Source: Myxococcota bacterium (GTDB lineage: Bacteria > Myxococcota > JACRCW01). From it: a stretch of DNA of 11,915 nt. The stretch is taken from NCBI GenBank assembly GCA_040752415.1, contig JBFMGU010000309.1, positions 1 through 11,915 of the forward strand, written 5' to 3'. This document shows, piece after piece, positions 1 to 6,752 of the stretch (positions within the stretch are counted from its first letter, which is position 1; each line of letters begins with the position of its first letter). A program made the position numbers and the translations under genes. Below the pieces are notes generated by a model. The model made no database searches, was not told the DNA's origin, and saw only the letters and a program-made list of their open reading frames with translations.

Positions 1-1
1 G

Positions 2-1612
2 GCCCCCGCGGCGCAGGAGCCCGCCGCCGCGCCCGTGGAGCGCTGGGTGCAGGTGCACGCCGGCAAGCTGGAGCAGCTGGTGGAGCAGCTCAGCGGATTT
101 GCCGCCAGCTTCCAGGCGCTGCACTTCCGGTTGCGCACCGGCGAGGGCGTGACGGGTCCTCAGCTGCGCGCGGTGCTGGAGGATCTGGACCGCTGCCAGA
201 CCCAGCTCAACGAGGTCTCCGACGCGGCCTGGGGAATGCGCCTGGTGCCGGTGGAGCCCATGCTGGTGCAGCTGGGGGACCACGCACGCGGGCTGGCCCT
301 GGACCAGGGCAAGCGGGTGCGGGTGGTGGTGCAGGCCAGCGGCGCCCAGCTGGAACGTGGCGTGTTGGACGCGCTCACCGAGCCGCTGCTGCACCTGGTG
401 CGCAACGCCGTGGACCACGGGCTGGAGCGCCCGTCGGAGCGCGGGGACAAACCTCCCGAGGCCACGCTGCGCCTGAGCGCGGAGCCGCAGGGGCAGGGCG
501 TGGTGATCACCGTGACCGACGACGGCCGGGGCGTCGACCCGCGCAAGGTGCGGGCGGCGGCGGTGGCCCGCAAGGTGCTGGACGCGCAGCGCGCCGAGCA
601 GCTCTCCGACGAGGCCGCGGTGGACCTCATCTTCCTCCACGGCTTCTCCACGCGCAGCGAGGTCACCGACGTGTCCGGGCGCGGCGTGGGGCTGGACGTG
701 GTGCGCGCGGCGGTGGACGCGCTGGGCGGGAGCGTGGCGGTGGGCAGTCGCGTTGGGACCGGCACCACCTTCACCTTGAACGTTCCCGGCACCATCAGCC
801 GCGAGCGCGTGCTGGTCATGGAGTTTGACGGCGTGCTGTACGGCTTGCCCTCGCGCCAGGTGGCGGAGCTGCGAAGGCTGGCGCCGGACGCGGTGGAGCC
901 GGTGGTGGGTGGCGCGGTGGTGCGCGTTCACGACGAGACCCTGCCCCTGCGCGACCTGTCCGCGGTGCTGGGCGGCCAGCGGGTCAAGGAGCCGTGGCTG
1001 CTGGTGGTGGAGTCAGGCCACCGTCGCTGGGCGCTGTCCGCTCCGTTGGTGCTGGGAGAGTACGAGCTGTTGCGTCGTCCCGTGGATGCCGCCGTGGCCG
1101 CCCAGGGCGCCATTGGCGCCAGCGGGACGCTGGAGGACGGGCGACTGGTCCTGGTGCTCTCCCTGGTGGGGCTCTTGCGTCGCCTGGACGACGGGCGCGG
1201 CGTGCGGGCGCCCATCCCGAGCCGGCCCGCCCCGTCGCGCGGACCGCCCCGCGTGCTGCTGGTGGATGACTCCCCGGTGGTGCGGGACCTGCTGCATGAC
1301 ATGCTCTCCCACGCCGGCTACCGCGTGACCACCGCCTCCGACGGCAAGGCCGCGCTCGCGGTGCTGGAGAAGGGCGCGCCCGACGTGGTGGTTTCCGACG
1401 TGGACATGCCGGTGATGAACGGCTTCCAGCTGCTCCAGGCGTTGCGACAGCGCTGGCCCACCCTGCCGGTGATCATGCTGACCACGCGGGCCTCCGTCGA
1501 GGACCGCGAACGGGCATCCAACCTTGGCGCCGACGCCTACCTGGTCAAGAGCCAGTTCGAGGAGATGGCGCTGGTTGAGACGCTGCGACGCTACGTGGGG
1601 AGCGCGGCATGA
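2..1612 (+). CDS. cheA: CheA-type chemosensory histidine kinase hybrid (dimerisation-HATPase-CheW-receiver; FrzE/WspE-like), 5'-truncated by the window edge
   Basis: The frame is open from position 2 (APAAQEPAAAP, a Pro/Ala linker), so the GTG at 35 is probably internal and the Hpt domain lies upstream. CheA motifs: EPLLHLVRNAVDHG (N box), DDGRG (G1), IFLHGFST (F box), SGRGVGLDVV (G2), GTTFTL. A CheW-like segment follows, then a C-terminal receiver (VLLVDDS, SDVDMPVMNG, MLTT, YLVK). Confidence 0.95.
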   Translation, partial: APAAQEPAAAPVERWVQVHAGKLEQLVEQLSGFAASFQALHFRLRTGEGVTGPQLRAVLEDLDRCQTQLNEVSDAAWGMRLVPVEPMLVQLGDHARGLALDQGKRVRVVVQASGAQLERGVLDALTEPLLHLVRNAVDHGLERPSERGDKPPEATLRLSAEPQGQGVVITVTDDGRGVDPRKVRAAAVARKVLDAQRAEQLSDEAAVDLIFLHGFSTRSEVTDVSGRGVGLDVVRAAVDALGGSVAVGSRVGTGTTFTLNVPGTISRERVLVMEFDGVLYGLPSRQVAELRRLAPDAVEPVVGGAVVRVHDETLPLRDLSAVLGGQRVKEPWLLVVESGHRRWALSAPLVLGEYELLRRPVDAAVAAQGAIGASGTLEDGRLVLVLSLVGLLRRLDDGRGVRAPIPSRPAPSRGPPRVLLVDDSPVVRDLLHDMLSHAGYRVTTASDGKAALAVLEKGAPDVVVSDVDMPVMNGFQLLQALRQRWPTLPVIMLTTRASVEDRERASNLGADAYLVKSQFEEMALVETLRRYVGSAA

Positions 1613-2682
1613 AGGTGCGCGTGGTGGCGGTGGATGACTCCAGCCTGTGCCGCTGGGCGCTGCGCGAGGTGCTGGAGGCGGACGGGGACGTGGAGGTGGT
1701 GGGTGAGGCGGAGGACGGCCCCACCGCGCTGCGCATGGTCCGCGAGCTCCGCCCGAACCTGGTGACCATGGACCTGCAGATGCCGGGGATGGACGGCCTG
1801 GCGTGCATTGAAGAGATCATGGCCACCTCTCCGGTGCCCATCCTGGTGGTGACCTCCGAGCCTGCCGGACCGGGGAGCAGCGCGCTGTTCGAGGCCGTGC
1901 GGCGGGGCGCGCTGGACGTGGCCGAGAAGCCCCCCGGCGGCGACGCGGCGGCCGCGGCGGCCCTACGCGTGCGCGTCCGCCAGCTGGCACACGTCCCGGT
2001 CATCCGCCACCTCCGACGCGCGGCACGCACGCTGGCCACCCCGCGTGATGCCCACGTCGACACGCCGCCTCGTCCCACGCGGGTGGGGCCGCGACCCCTG
2101 GTGGTGGGAATCGGTGCGTCGGCGGGGGGACCGGCCGCGGTGGCCTCCGTCCTCGCCGGGCTGCCGGCGGACTTCGCGGCAACCGTGGCGCTGGTGCAGC
2201 ACCTGGCGGCGGGTTTCACCGCGCCCTTTGCGCGTTTCCTGCAGAGCCGCACCGCGTTGCGCATTCGCGCTTTGTCCGCGCGGGAGGTGGTTCCATTGCA
2301 GCCGGGCGTCGTGTTGCTGCCAGCGGAGGGGTTTCACCTCCAGGCGCTGCCCAACGGTTCCTTCTCCAGCGTCGAGGGCCCGCCAGTGGACGGGCACCGC
2401 CCGGCGGTGACGGCGTTGTTCCGCTCCCTGGCGGAGGTGTACGGCGCGGGCGCCTGCGGCGTGTTGTTGACGGGGATCGGGCAGGACGGCGCGGTGGGGC
2501 TGAAGGCGCTGCGGGACCGCGGTGGCGTCACGCTGGTGCAGGACCGTGAGTCGTCCGCCGTGTTCGGGATGCCGCACGCGGCTGTGGAGCTGGGCGCGGC
2601 CAGCCGGGTGCTGGGCCTGGATGAGATGCCCGGCGCGTTGCGCGAACTCGTGGGAGGCCGGCCGCACCATGGCTCAGGATGA
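1609..2682 (+). CDS. cheB: Chemotaxis response regulator protein-glutamate methylesterase CheB (receiver + methylesterase)
   Basis: ATGA overlap with the cheA stop and a GGGGAG SD-like sequence at 1597-1602. Receiver motifs VAVDDS, TMDLQMPGMDG, VVTS, EKP. Esterase triad motifs GASAGG (Ser), VQH (His), LTGIGQDG (Asp), plus QDRESSAVFGMP. Confidence 0.95.
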   Translation: MKVRVVAVDDSSLCRWALREVLEADGDVEVVGEAEDGPTALRMVRELRPNLVTMDLQMPGMDGLACIEEIMATSPVPILVVTSEPAGPGSSALFEAVRRGALDVAEKPPGGDAAAAAALRVRVRQLAHVPVIRHLRRAARTLATPRDAHVDTPPRPTRVGPRPLVVGIGASAGGPAAVASVLAGLPADFAATVALVQHLAAGFTAPFARFLQSRTALRIRALSAREVVPLQPGVVLLPAEGFHLQALPNGSFSSVEGPPVDGHRPAVTALFRSLAEVYGAGACGVLLTGIGQDGAVGLKALRDRGGVTLVQDRESSAVFGMPHAAVELGAASRVLGLDEMPGALRELVGGRPHHGSG

Positions 2683-3985
2683 GACACTGTCTCAGGAAGA
2701 GACAGCCGCGCTGCATCAGCTGGCCCACCGGCTGGGATTGTGGACGGGGCTGGACTTCCAACGGGGTGGCCAGATCATGGCGCTGGCGCGTTATGTGCGC
2801 GGGCGCGCGGCGCGGAGTGGTGGGGCATCCGTGCCCTCCTACGTGGGGTCCCTGTGCCACCCCGACGACCCCGAGGTGCTCCGCCTGGTCAACGCGGTGA
2901 CGGTGGGGCACACCTGGTTCTACCGCGACGGGCAACAGCTGGAAGACATCGCGCGGATCTTTCGCGACGACATCCCTCCCAGCCGCACGATTCACGTGTG
3001 GGTTGCCGGTTGTGCCACGGGAGAGGACGCGTACACGCTGGCCATGCTGGCCGCGCGTGAAGGACGTCAGGCGGTGGTGCTGGGCACCGACATCAACTCC
3101 GAAGTGCTGGAGCACGCACGACAAGGCAGCTACGGCGCGTTCTCTGCGCGCGAGCTGGGCGGTGGACTGGAGCGCTTCCTGATTGCGACTCCCGGACCCT
3201 GCTACCGCCCCGTGCCGCACGTGGCCCGGATGGTGCATTTCCAACGACACAACCTGATGGACACGCCCATCCCGAGCGCCTCGGGCGCGGGGTGGGACCT
3301 GATCTTGTGTCGCAACGTCCTCATCTACTTCCAGGCCGGCTTGGTTCCCGCCGCCCTGGAGCGGCTGGGCTCGGCGTTGGCGACGGAGGGATGGCTCGTG
3401 CTGGGTAGCGCCGAGGTGTTGGATGAAGTCAGCGCTTCTCTCGCCGTGGAGCCGTTGGGCTCGCACTACGCGCTGCGTCGGGCCCGCGTGCGGCCGTCGA
3501 CGCCACGGCCGGTGCACACCCCACCGCGCCCCGCCGTCCCCGCCGCGCCGACGGAGAAGGGCAACCCCAAGCTCGCCCGGGCCGCGCGTCTGCTGGCCAC
3601 GTCCGAGGTCGAGCCAGCGCTAAAACTGTACGAAGAGGTGCTGCGGGCGGAGCCATTGTGTGTGGAGGCGCGACTGTGGCTTGGCTTGGCCCACCACCTC
3701 ACCGGCGACGCTGTCAGCGCCGTCCGCGCGCTGCGCGGCGCACTTGTCCTCGAGCCTGCGCTGTGGCCTGCCGCCTACTATTTGGCCGTTAGCTATGAGA
3801 AACTTGGGCTGCGCGCGGAAGCGCAACGTGAGTACCAGAGGCTGTTGGAGATGATGGGCCGGGACGCACCACTATCAAGGGAGAATTCCCCGCTGGGAGA
3901 CTTGAGCCTGTGGAAGCATGAGATCGGAGGCATCTGCCGACGGCGGCTGGAAGAGCTGTCCAAGCGAGGCGGTGGCCATGGCTAG
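2669..3985 (+). CDS. cheR: CheR-type chemotaxis methyltransferase with C-terminal TPR region (FrzF/WspC-like), about 438 aa
   Basis: ATG at 2669 follows GGAGG (2653-2657) and overlaps the cheB end by 14 nt; it is preferred over the track start at 2522. CheR motifs: VTVGHTWFYRD, VWVAGCATGEDAYTLA, LGTDIN, FQRHNL, DLILCRNVLIYF, GWLVLGSAE. A Pro-rich linker leads to TPR-like helices (ALKLYEEVLRAEP, EARLWLGLAH, ALRGALVLEP, AAYYLAVSYEKLG). Confidence 0.93.
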   Translation: MAQDETLSQEETAALHQLAHRLGLWTGLDFQRGGQIMALARYVRGRAARSGGASVPSYVGSLCHPDDPEVLRLVNAVTVGHTWFYRDGQQLEDIARIFRDDIPPSRTIHVWVAGCATGEDAYTLAMLAAREGRQAVVLGTDINSEVLEHARQGSYGAFSARELGGGLERFLIATPGPCYRPVPHVARMVHFQRHNLMDTPIPSASGAGWDLILCRNVLIYFQAGLVPAALERLGSALATEGWLVLGSAEVLDEVSASLAVEPLGSHYALRRARVRPSTPRPVHTPPRPAVPAAPTEKGNPKLARAARLLATSEVEPALKLYEEVLRAEPLCVEARLWLGLAHHLTGDAVSAVRALRGALVLEPALWPAAYYLAVSYEKLGLRAEAQREYQRLLEMMGRDAPLSRENSPLGDLSLWKHEIGGICRRRLEELSKRGGGHG

Positions 3986-4358
3986 TCGCAAGGTGTTGGT
4001 CGTCGATGACAGCGAGATCTGCCGCGAGTTCGTGAAGATGGCGCTCGAGGATCGAGGCTACAACGTCGTGGGCCTGGAGAGCCCGCTCGGGTTCAGTCGC
4101 GCGTTGTTCGAGGAGCGCCCCGACCTGGCGCTGATCGACGTCACCATGCCGGCGTTGCGCGGTGACAAGCTGGTGGAGCTGGCCATGAAGACCAGCCGTC
4201 ACAAGTGCGCCATCGTGCTGTATTCGGACCGGCCGGAGCCGGAGCTGGACTCGCTGGCCCGGGCCTGCGGCGCCACCGGATTCATCTGCAAGAACGGCAG
4301 CGAGGACCTGCTGGCCGCGTCGGTGCAGAAGTTCATCGACGGCGGAAAGCCCAACTGA
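3978..4358 (+). CDS. Single-domain response regulator (CheY-like receiver), 126 aa
   Basis: ATG at 3978 overlaps the cheR end by 8 nt, with GAGG upstream. Receiver motifs KVLVVDDS, LIDVTMP (phosphoacceptor Asp), LYS, GFICK. No output domain. Confidence 0.92.
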   Translation: MASRKVLVVDDSEICREFVKMALEDRGYNVVGLESPLGFSRALFEERPDLALIDVTMPALRGDKLVELAMKTSRHKCAIVLYSDRPEPELDSLARACGATGFICKNGSEDLLAASVQKFIDGGKPN

Positions 4359-4373
4359 GGGCCCGCGCCCTCA
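4356..4373. terminator. Hairpin spanning the stop codons of two convergent genes (possible bidirectional 3'-end structure)
   Basis: Perfect 7-bp inverted repeat TGAGGGC-ccgc-GCCCTCA. There is no U-tract on either side, so it is not a canonical intrinsic terminator. Confidence 0.4.
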
Positions 4374-5567
4374 CGGCGCAATGCTGGTCACAAAGCTGGC
4401 CTTGCCGTCCTGGATCTTCAGCACCACCGCGGGCTTGTTGGCGTTGCGCTGGGCGTCCAGGGTGATGCTGCCGCTGGCTCCCTTGAAGTCCTTGGTCTGC
4501 GCCAGCGCGTCGCGGATGGCCTGGCGGTCCAGCTTGCCGGCGCGCTTGATGGCGTCGGCGGCCACCAGTGCAGCGTCGTAGCCCATCACCGCCAGGCTGT
4601 CCGGCGCCTCACCCCACTGCTGCTTGTACCGGGTGATGAACTGCTGCAGCTCGGGGCGCGGGTCGTCGTTGCTGGTGTGGTTGGAGAAGTAGCAGCCGTC
4701 CAACGCCTTGCCGCCAATCTCGAACAGCTTGCTGCTGTCCCATCCGTCGCCACCGAGCAGCGGCACGGTGATCTTCAGCTCCCGCGCCTGCCGGGCAACC
4801 AGCGCCACCTGGGTGTAGTAGCCGGGGACGAAGATGGCCTCCGGGTTCTTGCCCTTCATGCTGGTGAGCTGCGCCTTGAAGTCCGTGTCGGCGGAGTTGT
4901 ACGCCTCGTCGGCGACGATCTTCCCGCCCTTGGCCTCGAACGCCTTCTGGAAATAGTCGGCCAGGCCCATGGAGTAGTCGCTGCTCTTGTCGCGGAAGAT
5001 GGCGGCGGTCTTCACCTTGAGGTGGTCCGCTGCAAACTGCGCCATCACCGTGCCCTGGAACGGGTCAATGAAACAGACGCGGAAGATGAAATCGCCCGTC
5101 TCCGTCACGCGCGGGTTGGTGGAGCTGGGCGTGATCATGGGGACCTTGTTGTTCTGACACACCGGCGCCGCGGCCAGCGACCGGCTCGACGCCACTTCAC
5201 CCAGCACCACGTGCACCTTGTCCTGGGTGATGAGCTTGGTCACGGCGGTGACTGCTTCTTCCGGCTTGCCCTGGTCGTCGTAGACAATGACCTTGATCTT
5301 CTTCCCCAGCACGCCGCCCGCGTCGTTGAGCTCCTTCACCGCGGTGTCAACGCCCTGCTTGGTGGAGATGCCGAACGTGGCCTCGCTGCCGGTCAGACTG
5401 CCGTACTCGCCAAACAGGATGAACTCTCCCTCCGCCGTGGGCGCAGGAGCCGCCGGCTGGGCAGGCGCCACGCCCGGCGCGGGAGTTTCCTTCTTGGCTT
5501 CCTGCTTCTTCTCCACGCAGCCGGCCAGCAGCCCCAACAGCGCCAACCCCAAAGCTTGACTCTTCAT
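4371..5567 (-). CDS. Branched-chain amino acid ABC transporter substrate-binding lipoprotein (LivK/LivJ family, type I periplasmic binding fold), about 398 aa
   Basis: ATG at 5567 with a GGAGAGGGG SD-like sequence upstream. Signal peptide II MKSQALGLALLGLLAG-C (lipobox LAGC). Family motifs GSLTGSEATFG, NDAGGVLGKKI, DDQGKPEEA, VLGEVASS, FRVCFIDPFQG, DFKAQLT, GGDGWD, GYDA, FKGASGSIT. Confidence 0.93.
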   Translation of the reverse strand: MKSQALGLALLGLLAGCVEKKQEAKKETPAPGVAPAQPAAPAPTAEGEFILFGEYGSLTGSEATFGISTKQGVDTAVKELNDAGGVLGKKIKVIVYDDQGKPEEAVTAVTKLITQDKVHVVLGEVASSRSLAAAPVCQNNKVPMITPSSTNPRVTETGDFIFRVCFIDPFQGTVMAQFAADHLKVKTAAIFRDKSSDYSMGLADYFQKAFEAKGGKIVADEAYNSADTDFKAQLTSMKGKNPEAIFVPGYYTQVALVARQARELKITVPLLGGDGWDSSKLFEIGGKALDGCYFSNHTSNDDPRPELQQFITRYKQQWGEAPDSLAVMGYDAALVAADAIKRAGKLDRQAIRDALAQTKDFKGASGSITLDAQRNANKPAVVLKIQDGKASFVTSIAP

Positions 5568-5570
5568 GGA

Positions 5571-5630
5571 TCCAACCCCTCTCCGCCCCGTGGGGCGCTC
5601 AAGAACGTGATCGCAGAGATCACGGTTGGA
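5571..5630 (-). promoter_or_regulatory. Nested inverted repeats in the leader of the binding-protein gene (candidate structured 5' UTR or operator)
   Basis: TCCAACC (5571-5577) and GGTTGGA (5624-5630) enclose CGTGATC-N5-GATCACG (5606-5624) and CGCCC-N4-GGGCG (5584-5597). Confidence 0.4.
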
Positions 5631-5845
5631 CACCCGTCCGCAAGCGCGCGGAGCAGGGTGGGATGGGCGCACGCGGCTTCCCCCGCGCGGAATGTGGGGA
5701 GCGGGAAGAACCCGCTGGGCGTTCCAGCTCCAGGCCGCGACGGGCCCGGGGGATGCAGCCTTGCCAAACTTCGCGGCCCCTGGGCATGTTGGGCCCTGCC
5801 CGCACCATCCCAGGCGGGACGGCCGCCACGACCTCCAGGTGCCCT

Positions 5846-6661
5846 GTGTCCCAGCTGCGTGCGAATCCGGAACAACCGCACATCCTGTTGGTGGACGACA
5901 GCGAGATCGTCCTGGATGTGATCAGCGAGCAGCTTGAACGCCATGGTTACGCCGTGACGTGCGCCAATGACGTGACCACCGCGCTCACCATTGCGGACTT
6001 CACCCGGCTGGACCTGGTGATCACCGACGTGCAGATGCCCGGCTGCTCCGGCCTGGAGATGCTGGCGCGCATCCGGGAGCGCGTCGCGGATGTCCCCGTC
6101 ATCATGTTGTCGTCGCAGTCGGACATGAAGGTGGTGCTCAACGCGGTGCGGAACGGCGCATTCGACTTCGTCATCAAGGACGAGCAGACGGAGACGCTGC
6201 AGTGGTCCATCCAGCGCGCGCTTGCGCACCTGGGCGTGCTGCGCGCCAACCAGCGCCTCATGAAGGAGCTGCGGGACGCCAACCGCGCCCTGGAGTCGCG
6301 CGCGAGCCTGACCGATCAGCTGGAGCGGTCCCAGCGGGAGCTGCTGGCCGAGCGCTCGCAACTGCGCGGCGCGCTGGAGCGTCTCCAGGAGGCCACGGAG
6401 GGCGGGGCCGCCAGCGTGGCCGGGGACATGCTGGAGCCGCTGCGCACCCTGGAGACCAGCCTGGAGCGCGTGCGGACCTGGGTGAGCGCGGTGGTGCGGG
6501 GAGATCCCGCGCCGCTGGCGCATCACGAGATGGTGACGGTGGTGCAGCAATGTGTGGAGGCGGTGTCTGGCATTGGCGCGGGCCTGCGCAAGTTGGGCGT
6601 CGCGGACAATCCACCTGCCCCCGAGGCTGCGCCGCCGTTGGTGGGCGCCACGGAGCGTTGA
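5846..6661 (+). CDS. Response regulator: receiver domain + coiled coil + degenerate HisKA/DHp-like helices, no HATPase, about 271 aa
   Basis: The probable start is GTG at 5846 with AGGT upstream; the longer track start at 5663 gives implausible sequence. Receiver motifs ILLVDDS, ITDVQMPG, MLSS, FDFVIK. A heptad-rich stretch NQRLMKELRDANRALE..LERSQRELLAERSQL is followed by AASVAGDMLEPL. Confidence 0.85.
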   Translation: MSQLRANPEQPHILLVDDSEIVLDVISEQLERHGYAVTCANDVTTALTIADFTRLDLVITDVQMPGCSGLEMLARIRERVADVPVIMLSSQSDMKVVLNAVRNGAFDFVIKDEQTETLQWSIQRALAHLGVLRANQRLMKELRDANRALESRASLTDQLERSQRELLAERSQLRGALERLQEATEGGAASVAGDMLEPLRTLETSLERVRTWVSAVVRGDPAPLAHHEMVTVVQQCVEAVSGIGAGLRKLGVADNPPAPEAAPPLVGATER

Positions 6662-6752
6662 CCGCGGACCGCCCACTCCGTGCCCCTGAGCACGCTCTAA
6701 CGACTTCCTAAACAATTCGAATGACTTCGGATGAAGCGGCCCGGGGCGGCCG

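Noticed and set aside
4677..5921. 414-aa + strand ORF
   Set aside because: It is the antisense shadow of the binding-protein gene. Long stop-free antisense frames are expected with strong GC3 bias, and no motifs are recognisable.
6703..6730. Possible dif (XerCD) site, because ACTTCCTAAAC resembles the left arm of a Bacillus-type dif
   Set aside because: The right arm (AATGACTTCGG) lacks the conserved TTATGT XerD-binding signature.
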